Virus record (IMG/VR): IMGVR_UViG_3300020151_001303
Coordinates: 1-42,361 of that record
Reading direction: 5' to 3' (one strand)
Source of the DNA: a virus
Taxonomy: Duplodnaviria; Caudoviricetes
Length of the DNA stretch: 42,361 bases
Below, one piece after another: positions 27,237 through 37,138 of this stretch. Positions within the stretch are counted from its first letter, which is position 1. Each line of letters opens with the position of its first letter. The notes below the pieces were generated by a model. That model saw nothing but the letters and a program-made list of their open reading frames with translations. It did not search any database and was not told the origin of the DNA. The translations under genes were made by a program, and so were the position numbers.

Positions 27237-28637
27237 ATGCCAGTTTTAACCGCCAATTCGTCATTATTAACGTACACAAGTAAATTGTATGAAGTGATAC
27301 AATACTATTTTGCACCTTCTTCAACTGCTGAAGAATCTGTAGATGTGCCTAATAGTTTATATGCTTTTATTGGTAGAATAACTCCTTGGCCAGATCCTTT
27401 TAATCCTCCACCACCAGAACAAAGTCAATTTGCAATTAAAGAAACATTTAAAAATATTATTGCTGCAAAGAAAATAATTTCATCCGATATTTCTCCTGTT
27501 ATACCAAGAAGGGATTGGGACACAGGAACAATTTATGATTATTATGATGATAGAGTGAATATGTTTACTTTAGATGCAAATAATTTAGTATCTAAAAACT
27601 TCTATGTTAAAAACAGATATGACCAAGTGTTTATTTGTTTATGGAATAATAGAGGTTCGGCATCAACAGTTGAACCACAATTAACACCAGGAACTTTTGA
27701 TTCAACCTTCTTGGTACAGACAGCTGATGGTTATAAATGGAAATTTTTATATTCAATTGATGCTGGTATAAAACAACGATTCTTAGATGAAAGTTGGATG
27801 CCTGTTCCAGTAGGATTTAATGTTCCAAATCCTGAATTAAATGATACAGCTGAAGGACAAATTGACGTTATTAATATTACGACAGTTGGCCAAGGATATC
27901 AATCCGGTGGCGTTGATGTTGTTATAACTGGTGATGGATCTGGTGCAACTGCTTCACCAGTTATTAATGCAGCAGGTTATTTAACTGATATGATTATGAC
28001 CAACGTTGGTTCTGGTTATACATATGCCAATACAACAATAACACAATCGACAGGTTATCCAACACCAAACGTGGTTGCTGTTGCTATAACACCAGTTTCA
28101 CCAGTTGGTGGACATGGATTAGATCCAATATCTGATTTGGGTTGTAATAATGTAATGGTGGCTATAGAATTTATAGAAGATGAGAATGGAACTATTCCTA
28201 CTGATATTACCTATTATCAACTAGGACTAATATTAGACCCATCATCACAACAAACAACTCCAGATTATTGCTTTGGTGACATATATGACACAACAAAACA
28301 CTTTACTGTTTCTCCTGGAACAGGTTCATTTGTTAGTGGTCAAACAATTTATCAAGGTCCAAATTTAGGATCTGCAACATTTACAGCTCAAGTTGTTAGT
28401 TTTGATGCCACAAATAATGTTTTGAGAGTCATAAATACAAGTGGAACTCCAACTATAAACGATGCTCTTATTCAAGATGCAAGTGGTGCGGTAAACGTGG
28501 CGGTTCGAACTTTATTAGACACAGAAGATCCAGACTTTATTATATACTCTGGATACATGACATATATAGAAAATAGAACGGCTATTCAAAGAAGTCCTGA
28601 TGGTACAGAACAATTCCGTTTAGTGTTAAGATTTTAA
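27237..28637 (+). CDS. gp8: Baseplate wedge subunit (gp8-like)
   Basis: Y.FIGR..PW…VIPR.DW..GT.YD.Y…VF.CL.N…T.DGYKWKFLY…YIENR..I.R…EQ..LVL.F. Confidence 0.88.
   Translation: MPVLTANSSLLTYTSKLYEVIQYYFAPSSTAEESVDVPNSLYAFIGRITPWPDPFNPPPPEQSQFAIKETFKNIIAAKKIISSDISPVIPRRDWDTGTIYDYYDDRVNMFTLDANNLVSKNFYVKNRYDQVFICLWNNRGSASTVEPQLTPGTFDSTFLVQTADGYKWKFLYSIDAGIKQRFLDESWMPVPVGFNVPNPELNDTAEGQIDVINITTVGQGYQSGGVDVVITGDGSGATASPVINAAGYLTDMIMTNVGSGYTYANTTITQSTGYPTPNVVAVAITPVSPVGGHGLDPISDLGCNNVMVAIEFIEDENGTIPTDITYYQLGLILDPSSQQTTPDYCFGDIYDTTKHFTVSPGTGSFVSGQTIYQGPNLGSATFTAQVVSFDATNNVLRVINTSGTPTINDALIQDASGAVNVAVRTLLDTEDPDFIIYSGYMTYIENRTAIQRSPDGTEQFRLVLRF
28430..28437 (+). promoter_or_regulatory. Candidate internal late promoter (CATAAATA)
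   Basis: About 215 nt upstream of 28653. Confidence 0.4.
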
Positions 28638-28652
28638 TTTTGGAAAGAAAAA

Positions 28653-31600
28653 ATGGCAACCAATTTTACTGGCGACTTTAACGTAGATCCTTATTATGAT
28701 GATTTTGATGCGGCTAAAAATTATCACAGAATACTTTTTAAACCGGGATTTGCTGTTCAAGCTCGTGAATTAACACAATCACAAACTATTCTTCAAAATC
28801 AAATCACTAGTTTTGCTGATGCTATTTTTGCTCAAAACACTCCTATTTCTGGTGGTAAAGTCACAGTAAATCAAAACGTATATTATTTAAAATTAAACAC
28901 CACAGTTGGTACAACAGCAATTTCAGCAGAAAATTTTGCTGATGGTACAATTACAAATGCCGATTCAAGCGTTGTTGCAAAAGTAATTTATGCAGCTGAA
29001 GCTTCAACAACGAGTTCTGGTGTTGCAGGCGATCCTCCCACTTTAATTGTTACATACATTACTGGTTCTCAATTTGTAAGTGGTGATACAATTTATCTTG
29101 TGGGCGCAAACTTTACAGCAACATTAATAACATCAACCGTTACAAATCTCGCAACAGGATTAAGTTCTGTGGCTTCTATCTCTGATGGCATCTTTTATGT
29201 TAAAGGTAATTTTGTTACTGTATCAGAAACAACTATTCCATTAGAAAAATATAGCACAACACCATCATTACGTGTTGGTTTAAATGCAATTGAAAGTATC
29301 TATAATTATACAGACGATTCTAGTTTATTGGATCCAGCATTAAATGCTTCCAACTATCAAGCGCCTGGTGCTGACCGTTATAAGATTACATTATCATTAG
29401 AAACACGTCCATTAGAATTAGGAAATGATGATGACTTTATTGAATTGGTTCGTTTAGAGAATGGTTCAATACTTAAACAAGTTAATGATACTGTTTATTC
29501 TGTTATTGATGATTATTTTGCAAAACGTACTAGTGATACCAATGGTGATTTCATTGTCAAAGATTACACATTAACACCTAAAGCAAATACAATCAATTCA
29601 GCAAAATATGATTTGGGTATTTCAAAAGGTATTGCTTATGTTCGTGGTTATCGTTTAGAAACTCAAAGTGATGTAACTTTGACCAATGACCGTGCGAGAA
29701 CAACATCAGCGGCTAATAATAATCCAACATATATTGATTATGGCAATTATTTCTATGTTAATTCTGCTAATGGTGTATTTGATGTATCAACTTTACCGCC
29801 AGTTGATTTTCATAGTGTAGTCAAATCAGACGTTAACACAGCAAACGTAACCACATATAATTCAACATTGGCTGGTACAGGTTATATTCGTAATTTGGTG
29901 TTTTCTAGCACAGCAAATACTGCCAATGGTGATGCTTACATTTATAAAGCATATGTGTTTGGATTACAGAATCAAACATTGTCTGGTACCGCCTCAGCCA
30001 GTTCTGCCAATAACACATATATTACAATACCACACACTCCACAATTTTCAGCAAATGCAAATGCCTATTATAATGTAACTGTTAGTATTGACCAAGGTAC
30101 ATCTGCTGGCGATTTTAGAACAATTACATCTTATGTTCCAGGTGGAGCAACAAGAGTTGCTTTTGTTGATCCTCCATTTACAGTTGCACCAGATGCAACA
30201 TCAGTATTTACATTACGATTTGACGTGACAGATTACGAATCAATCATTGTAGATACTCCAGGAACACCTTATACAATTACAGCAAATGCTGCAATTGACA
30301 ATTCAAGTAAGATGGGTAGTATTTCTACAGGCGATACAATATTACAGAATCAAAATAATCCAGAATTGTTATTTAATTTAGGTAATCGTTATGTGAGCAC
30401 CGTAACTGACACATCTTACGAATCGGTTCAAGTTTTTAGGAATGTGTCATTTACTGTTTCTGGTGGCAATATTTCTGCCGCTTTAACATTTGGTTCAGCT
30501 CCAGTTGCCACTTTATCTTTCCCATTTGGTAACGGTACAATTTCGGCAGATGCCGTTACTCAAAACTTCCAAATTATTGTTACCAATCCACAATCTAGTG
30601 GTCTGAGGGCTGGCCAATGCCTGCCTTGGACAACAGGAAGTCGCACCGTGACGATTTCGGGTAGCGGATCGACTGCGACCTTCACAACTCCAACAAGCGA
30701 CCTAGGTGCGTTTACGGCAACTATTATTGCCAAAGCGTTTGTACGAAATGGTAATGATACCAGTTATGTGTTGAAGGCCAAAAATCTTAAAACGGCAAAT
30801 ACTGCTTATGTGAATTATACTGGTACAGCAGTTGCCATAAACACGAAAGTGGACTTAACCAATGGCCAAGTATATGTTCAAAATGCTGGTCTAGTAGCAC
30901 CAGGTCAACCACAAAAACTATACATTACTGACGCAAAACGTATTCGTAAAATTATCGATACTGGATCATCCGCAACTGTACCCACAGATGCAATGTTAAC
31001 TAATCCTTCTTTTGATGTTACAGACCGTTTCTTGTTTGACAATGGTCAACGTGACTCTTACTATGATTTTGCCACGGTTACATTAAAAGTTGGTCAAGTA
31101 CCAGTACAAGGTAATATGTTAGTGTTACTTGATTACTACGAAACAACTGGCGGTGATGGTTATTATTCTGTTGGTTCTTATTTGTCACCAGTTTCTTCTT
31201 CACCAGAAGATTACGCAGAAATTCCAAGTTATACAAGCACATCTGGTTCAACATATCAACTACGAGATGCTGTAGACTTTAGACCAGCACTTATCAATGC
31301 ACAAGCAAACTTCACAATTAGAACAAGTAGCTCTGGTTCTGGTGCTGCTGGTGCTTACATGCCTGTTGATTTAAGTACTTTTGTTTCTGATTATACTAAT
31401 TACTTGGGTCGTTATGACAAATTGGTGTTAAGTAAAGACCGTTCATTTGAAATCATTCAAGGAACACCTTCTGATAATCCTTTATTGCCGGCAGAACCAG
31501 ATGGTGCATTGGTTGTTTCAAACCTATTCCACGATCCATACACAGCTTATATTCCAAGTGAAGTAACTACTGGTATTTTACCAAATCTTTCTGTTGAGAA

Positions 31601-34600
31601 AGTGAAACACAAACGTTGGTTGATGAGTGATATTACTGGCTTAGAAAGCCGAGTAAACAATCTTGAATACTATACAGCATTAAATCTTTTAGAGAAAAAT
31701 GCAGCTTCGTTACAAATTCCTGATACCAATGGTTTAAATCGTTTCAAAAATGGTATTTTAGTTGATGATTTTTCTGGTTACTCAACATCAGATACGAATA
31801 ATAATGATTATTTGGTTACTGTCAATCGTAGAACAAAACAAATGACAGCATCACAGAACATTTCTAACTTCCCATTACAGTCATTGTCACTTGTATATAA
31901 CATGGGTCAGATAGATTCAACAAGTGCAAACAATTTGAACTATAAGATTTCCAAATCTGGTTCCTCTAATTTCTACACATTACCATACACAACATCAAAT
32001 GTTGTTACACAGCCAATTGCCTCCCGTACAGTCAATTTAAATCCTTTTGCTGTGGCTCTCAAAGAAGGTATAACAACTTTAAGTCCTCCAATGGACAATT
32101 GGGTAGATACACAAAAATCTCCTGATTTATTAATTGTTGATCCTAACTTACAAGTATATCGTGCAAGTGACCAAGTTAATGTGTTACAGGTAGGTGATTG
32201 GAAAACTACTGTTGCAACAACAACAGTTGCTACAATTGGTCGTGGTAGAAATTGGTTCACCAATCAGGTAACAAACTACACACAAGAACAACAACAAACT
32301 ATTTTAGGTAACTATGATAAGTTAAATTCTAGTTATGTTGAAACTGCTGGTTACATTCAAGATGTTAGCATTCTTCCTTACATTCGCCAACAATTTGTAT
32401 TCTTTAATTCGTATGGCATGTTGGTTAATACTTCTGTTAATGCTTTTTTTGACAATGTACAAGTTAACAAGTATATTCGTAAACCAAACGTATTAGAATT
32501 GACTAGTGTTTCTGGTACATTCCAAGACGGTGATGTTATTGGTTATTTTGCTGGCGGCAGTTTCACACCAATTGGAAAAGTTCTTTCATATTACAACTAT
32601 CCAGGAACAACCAATTCACGTTTATATGTAATTGGTGATATTATTAACACAAACTTTGCAGCAGGCGCAACAGTTCAAAATGCACAGTTCAATACATCTG
32701 GTCAATATCAAACAACAACAGCAAGTGGTGTAATTAGTACATATACTCATTTGGGTGGTTTAATCACCAATGCCAATACAACTACTACACTTACATTATC
32801 ACCTCTTGCCTCAAATACAACCAACTTCTATGCTGGTAATACATTATATGTAATTAACGGAACAGGTGTTGGTCAATCTGCCAACATCACCTCATATAAT
32901 GGCACCACCAAGTTAGCCACATTAGGTAGTGCAATTACATCGGCCAATGGTGACATATACTCTATTGGTTCACTAAAGACCAATGAAGTTGGTATGATTT
33001 CTGGTGTATTCTCTATACCTGGCGGCGTATTTAATACAGGTGAAAGAACATTTAGAATTGATAATAGTATCAATAACAATTTAGATAGTGCAACAACATA
33101 TTCTAAGGCAACATTCTTTGCTTCAGGATTACAAGCAACAAAGCAAGGTTTAAATTATGCTTCTTCTATTGATGCCGCAAAGAATACATTTGTTAGTACA
33201 GCAACAAGAGAAAATACAAGTTCATACACATATACTGTATCTTGGGATCCTGTTGCACAAACATTTATTGTTGATAAAGAAAATTACCCTAACGGTGTAT
33301 TCATTGATTCTGTTAAATTGTTCTTTGCAACTAAGCCAACAACAGGTTTTGCGCCAGTAACATTGACAATTGTTGGTACTACTAATGGTTATCCAAATGG
33401 CGAAACTTTAGATAATTCTCAAGTAGTATTAACATCTGAACATATCAATACATCAACAGAGCCACATTATTTGGATCCTACAACATACACAGTATTTAAA
33501 TTCCCAGCTCCTGTATATTTGGAAGCTAACAAATTGTATGCATTTATTGTTCGTTGCCCAACATCAAATGAGTATTCAATCTATACTGCTCAACTTGGTG
33601 ATACTGCAATTGCATCTTCTACTAAAAATTTGCCAACAGACACTACACCAAGCACAGTAACTAAGATTAATTCGGCACCTTATGTTGGTGCTTTGTTTGT
33701 TTCTCAAAATTTACAAACATGGACTGCTGACCAAAATGAAGCCATGATGTTTGTAATGAATCGTTGTGTATTTTCAAAAACCGTAACTCCAACATTACAG
33801 TTTGTTGTGCCTAATAGATTGCCATACAGAAAAATTGTTGAGAATGATATTAACTATTATTTGAGTCCCAATACAGTTTCAAATAAGATTGTAACCTCAG
33901 CAAATACTAATGTGCCAGTACACGCCTTGAATATCTCAACAACTGATTTTATGCCAGGCGATACAACACTAAATTACACCTATAGCGCAACATTGAATAG
34001 TTCATTTACGGCTGCTGCAACGGCAGGCATCACACCAGGAAAATTTGGTACGCCAACATATGATGACATCTACTTAAATGATGGTTTTGGTGAACGTGTA
34101 CTTGTTGCTGATTCCAACACATCATTCTCATTGTATGCAGTAATGAGTACCGCAGATGATGCTGTATCTCCAATGATTTCTGATGATGGATTAAGTGTAT
34201 ACACAATTCGTTGGAACATTAATAATCTTGGAATTTCCAATTCAATGATTTCTGTTGCTAATACTGGTGGTGGTTATAATGTAAATACTGTATCTGTCAC
34301 CATCACGGCAGCAAATGGATATGGTTCAGGTGCAACGGCTGTGGCTAACGTTTCAGCACAAGGTAACATCACTAGTATTTTGATTACCTCTGGTGGTTCT
34401 GGATATGCAACAACACCAACAATTACTATTTCAGATCCAACAACTCGTTTGACAGGAAATGCAAATGCTGTTATTACGATTGCCGGCGAAACATCAAAGT
34501 CTGGTGGTAATGGTTTGTCCAAATACATCACTAAGAAAGTTGTATTAGACCAAGGATTTGATTCTGGCGATTTACGTGTATACTTTACCGCATATCGTCC

Positions 34601-34928
34601 AGTTAATACAAATATCTACGTTTACTACAAGATTCTTTCTAGGTCCGACACACAGTTGTTTGACGATGGTAACTGGCAATTAATGACTTTAGTTAATAGT
34701 GGTGATTCTAAGTTTTCTCAAAATAGAAACAATTTGTATGAGTATATTGCTGCTCCAGGAGCTGGCGGTACTGCTCAAAATTATGTTTCATACGCCAGCA
34801 CAGTTAATGGTCAAACATACAACAGATTTAGTCAGTTTGCAATAAAAGTAGTTCTTGCAACATCAGATAAAACTGCTGTTCCGTTCTTAACTGATATTCG
34901 TGCAATCGCTCTTCCAGCAATAGGTTAA
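28653..34928 (+). CDS. Large virion structural protein (VrlC/DUF4815-like)
   Basis: FNVDPYYDDF…RILFKPG.AVQARELTQ.Q…APGADR…LEYYT.L.LLE…RFKNG..VD.F…DPVAQTF. Confidence 0.8.
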   Translation: MATNFTGDFNVDPYYDDFDAAKNYHRILFKPGFAVQARELTQSQTILQNQITSFADAIFAQNTPISGGKVTVNQNVYYLKLNTTVGTTAISAENFADGTITNADSSVVAKVIYAAEASTTSSGVAGDPPTLIVTYITGSQFVSGDTIYLVGANFTATLITSTVTNLATGLSSVASISDGIFYVKGNFVTVSETTIPLEKYSTTPSLRVGLNAIESIYNYTDDSSLLDPALNASNYQAPGADRYKITLSLETRPLELGNDDDFIELVRLENGSILKQVNDTVYSVIDDYFAKRTSDTNGDFIVKDYTLTPKANTINSAKYDLGISKGIAYVRGYRLETQSDVTLTNDRARTTSAANNNPTYIDYGNYFYVNSANGVFDVSTLPPVDFHSVVKSDVNTANVTTYNSTLAGTGYIRNLVFSSTANTANGDAYIYKAYVFGLQNQTLSGTASASSANNTYITIPHTPQFSANANAYYNVTVSIDQGTSAGDFRTITSYVPGGATRVAFVDPPFTVAPDATSVFTLRFDVTDYESIIVDTPGTPYTITANAAIDNSSKMGSISTGDTILQNQNNPELLFNLGNRYVSTVTDTSYESVQVFRNVSFTVSGGNISAALTFGSAPVATLSFPFGNGTISADAVTQNFQIIVTNPQSSGLRAGQCLPWTTGSRTVTISGSGSTATFTTPTSDLGAFTATIIAKAFVRNGNDTSYVLKAKNLKTANTAYVNYTGTAVAINTKVDLTNGQVYVQNAGLVAPGQPQKLYITDAKRIRKIIDTGSSATVPTDAMLTNPSFDVTDRFLFDNGQRDSYYDFATVTLKVGQVPVQGNMLVLLDYYETTGGDGYYSVGSYLSPVSSSPEDYAEIPSYTSTSGSTYQLRDAVDFRPALINAQANFTIRTSSSGSGAAGAYMPVDLSTFVSDYTNYLGRYDKLVLSKDRSFEIIQGTPSDNPLLPAEPDGALVVSNLFHDPYTAYIPSEVTTGILPNLSVEKVKHKRWLMSDITGLESRVNNLEYYTALNLLEKNAASLQIPDTNGLNRFKNGILVDDFSGYSTSDTNNNDYLVTVNRRTKQMTASQNISNFPLQSLSLVYNMGQIDSTSANNLNYKISKSGSSNFYTLPYTTSNVVTQPIASRTVNLNPFAVALKEGITTLSPPMDNWVDTQKSPDLLIVDPNLQVYRASDQVNVLQVGDWKTTVATTTVATIGRGRNWFTNQVTNYTQEQQQTILGNYDKLNSSYVETAGYIQDVSILPYIRQQFVFFNSYGMLVNTSVNAFFDNVQVNKYIRKPNVLELTSVSGTFQDGDVIGYFAGGSFTPIGKVLSYYNYPGTTNSRLYVIGDIINTNFAAGATVQNAQFNTSGQYQTTTASGVISTYTHLGGLITNANTTTTLTLSPLASNTTNFYAGNTLYVINGTGVGQSANITSYNGTTKLATLGSAITSANGDIYSIGSLKTNEVGMISGVFSIPGGVFNTGERTFRIDNSINNNLDSATTYSKATFFASGLQATKQGLNYASSIDAAKNTFVSTATRENTSSYTYTVSWDPVAQTFIVDKENYPNGVFIDSVKLFFATKPTTGFAPVTLTIVGTTNGYPNGETLDNSQVVLTSEHINTSTEPHYLDPTTYTVFKFPAPVYLEANKLYAFIVRCPTSNEYSIYTAQLGDTAIASSTKNLPTDTTPSTVTKINSAPYVGALFVSQNLQTWTADQNEAMMFVMNRCVFSKTVTPTLQFVVPNRLPYRKIVENDINYYLSPNTVSNKIVTSANTNVPVHALNISTTDFMPGDTTLNYTYSATLNSSFTAAATAGITPGKFGTPTYDDIYLNDGFGERVLVADSNTSFSLYAVMSTADDAVSPMISDDGLSVYTIRWNINNLGISNSMISVANTGGGYNVNTVSVTITAANGYGSGATAVANVSAQGNITSILITSGGSGYATTPTITISDPTTRLTGNANAVITIAGETSKSGGNGLSKYITKKVVLDQGFDSGDLRVYFTAYRPVNTNIYVYYKILSRSDTQLFDDGNWQLMTLVNSGDSKFSQNRNNLYEYIAAPGAGGTAQNYVSYASTVNGQTYNRFSQFAIKVVLATSDKTAVPFLTDIRAIALPAIG

Positions 34929-34931
34929 AAA

Positions 34932-35153
34932 ATGCCATTAGTTAAAATACCAGGAACTACATTCGTCAGAGATACTAACACTATGGCGTTGATTAATACT
35001 GATTCTGTGGGTTTAGAGGAATATACTTTTAAATCAAAGTTAATTAATAATCAGAAAGCAGAAATAAATACACTAAAATCTGAAATTAATGACGTAAAAA
35101 ATGATGTAAAAGAAATTAAACAACTTTTACAACAATTGTTCACTAGGAACTAA
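34932..35153 (+). CDS. Small coiled-coil protein of T4-like structural regions
   Basis: VRDTNT.ALIN…EIN.LK.EI..VK…IKQLL. Confidence 0.7.
   Translation: MPLVKIPGTTFVRDTNTMALINTDSVGLEEYTFKSKLINNQKAEINTLKSEINDVKNDVKEIKQLLQQLFTRN
35063..35070 (+). promoter_or_regulatory. Candidate late promoter (AATAAATA)
   Basis: About 85 nt upstream of 35156. Confidence 0.4.
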
Positions 35154-35155
35154 TA

Positions 35156-36439
35156 ATGGCAAATACAGTAAACATTTTAAGTTTTAATAATACGTTTGGT
35201 GACTTGGTTTCTCAACAAAATAAAGCCGCTGTCGAATTAAACAATATTGGTGCTAATAATTATACAAAAGATAGTGGCACACTTTTGTTAGTTGCTACAG
35301 GAACTGCTTTATCTGTAACAAATACTGCCATTTTAGGTACTGCAATCGTTTCTGGTACTTCAAGTTTGTTAGGTGATGTAACATCAGCAGCCAATGCAAC
35401 ATTTACTGGTTCTGGTTTCGCTTTTCAAGTTGCTAATAATGCCGTTATTGCAAAAACATTAATTACTGATTCAATTACATCAAATACTTTAGTCAGAACC
35501 GCTACAATTAATGCTAGTGGTACCGCATTTGTTAATGGAATTACATCAAATACTTTGATTAGAACATCCACACTAAATTCAAATGGCCCAGCTTATTTGG
35601 ATAGTGTTTCTTCAAATACTGTTATTTTTTCTCCTATTTTTAATTCTAGCACATCAGCATTTTTTAATAATTTAACAGCTAACAATTTAATAACAACAAA
35701 AGATTTAGCTGTTACTGGAAATATTACTTCTCCAACAATTACATCAAGCTCTTTTAATGGTCAAGCAACACTAATTGGTGTATCAACAAGTAATACATCA
35801 GACGCAAATACAAGTAATACACAAATTGCAACAACAGGATTTGTTAAAAATGTGTTAAATTCAGGTAATACATTTAATATGGCAGTTCAGAATGGTGTCG
35901 TTACTACAGGTTCTTATTCTGATCCTTCATGGATTACATCATTAGCTGGTTCTAAAATTTCTGGTACTATAACAGGAAGTTCTGCAAATATTACAAACTT
36001 CATTGTCAACCAAGACCTGAGCACCGCCAGCGGAGTTCAATTTAACTCTTTGGGTGTAGGAACAGCAGCTTCTGGTACTCCAGGAGAAATTCGTGCCACC
36101 AACAACATTACTGCTTATTACTCAGATGATAGATTGAAGAAACGTTTAGGTAATATTGAAAATGCGTTGGCCAAGGTAATGTCACTAAATGGATTCCAGT
36201 ATGAAGCCAACGAAACCGCACAAGCTTTAGGATATGCAGTTAAACCAGAAATTGGTCTATCGGCACAAGAAGTTCAAGCTGTTTTACCTGAAGTGGTCGT
36301 TCCAGCACCAATCGATGAGCAATACCTCACAATTCATTATGAACGAGTTATACCACTTTTAGTCGAAGCCATCAAAGAACTTAAAAAAGAAATTGACGAT
36401 TTAAAGTTAGGTGAATGGCAGACGTATCCTGAGAAATAG
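35156..36439 (+). CDS. Tail fibre with C-terminal intramolecular chaperone (peptidase S74-like)
   Basis: ITAYY|SDDRLK…I.NAL.KV..L.G…GL.AQEV..VLPEVV…Y…IPLLVEAIKEL. Confidence 0.88.
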   Translation: MANTVNILSFNNTFGDLVSQQNKAAVELNNIGANNYTKDSGTLLLVATGTALSVTNTAILGTAIVSGTSSLLGDVTSAANATFTGSGFAFQVANNAVIAKTLITDSITSNTLVRTATINASGTAFVNGITSNTLIRTSTLNSNGPAYLDSVSSNTVIFSPIFNSSTSAFFNNLTANNLITTKDLAVTGNITSPTITSSSFNGQATLIGVSTSNTSDANTSNTQIATTGFVKNVLNSGNTFNMAVQNGVVTTGSYSDPSWITSLAGSKISGTITGSSANITNFIVNQDLSTASGVQFNSLGVGTAASGTPGEIRATNNITAYYSDDRLKKRLGNIENALAKVMSLNGFQYEANETAQALGYAVKPEIGLSAQEVQAVLPEVVVPAPIDEQYLTIHYERVIPLLVEAIKELKKEIDDLKLGEWQTYPEK

Positions 36440-36534
36440 AAAATTCGAAAATTTTCATTCCGGCCTAGAATTTCCGGAGACGAAATTCAAGATTCCAAAA
36501 AGCGAATTTACTTTTGAGCTTAGGTTGGTGTTGA

Positions 36535-36542
36535 CATAAATA
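36535..36542 (+). promoter_or_regulatory. T4-like late promoter (CATAAATA), overlapping TTGACA at 36531-36536
   Basis: Intergenic, 32 nt upstream of 36575. Confidence 0.7.
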
Positions 36543-36574
36543 TCCAATAGGATTAATGATATCGGGAATATAAA

Positions 36575-36913
36575 ATGCCAGCTGCTTACTCAAATCTACT
36601 GTTGGAACAAGGTACCACATTCAATACCACTATTACATTAGACGATGTATATGGTAACGTATACGATTTAACTGGTTGTACGGCCAGTGGTCAAATGCGT
36701 AAATCCTATTATTCTTCAAACGCTACAGCAACATTTTCAACAACAGTATACCCTGCCACAGGGGTCATTGAGCTTGCTTTGACTTCTGCTCAAACCGCTA
36801 ACATCTCTCCAGGAAGATATGTTTACGACACAATAATCACCAATGCCGGCGCCAATACAGTAACAAGAGTTTTAGAAGGCATTGTTGATGTTTCTCCACG
36901 AGTTACGAGGTAA
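36575..36913 (+). CDS. Small virion structural or adaptor protein
   Basis: NL.LEQG.TF…DLTG.TA..QMRKSY…G.I.L.LT..QT…GRYVYD…RVLEG.V.V.P.VTR. Confidence 0.75.
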   Translation: MPAAYSNLLLEQGTTFNTTITLDDVYGNVYDLTGCTASGQMRKSYYSSNATATFSTTVYPATGVIELALTSAQTANISPGRYVYDTIITNAGANTVTRVLEGIVDVSPRVTR

Positions 36914-36916
36914 AAC

Positions 36917-37138
36917 ATGCCAGGTCAAACAATAGGTACAGTCAATGTACAACTAGGTGCTTCTCAGCAAACAGTTCGAACACTATCATATGGTACAACA
37001 ACATTAAAGGCATTATCTGATGTTAGTATGGCTGGTGCTCTAGACCGTGATGTCGTAACCTATGTAGCCTCAACAAATTCTTTTATTATTGCTCCTGCTG
37101 AAAATTCTCGATTAATCATAGATAACGGATTCTTTTAA
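36917..37138 (+). CDS. Small structural protein
   Basis: L..LSDV motif, ends IDNGFF; coupled to next gene by TAATG. Confidence 0.6.
   Translation: MPGQTIGTVNVQLGASQQTVRTLSYGTTTLKALSDVSMAGALDRDVVTYVASTNSFIIAPAENSRLIIDNGFF

Noticed and set aside
36531-36560. Sigma70 promoter from TTGACA at 36531
   Set aside because: No good -10 hexamer at 16-18 bp; the overlapping late promoter explains the site.
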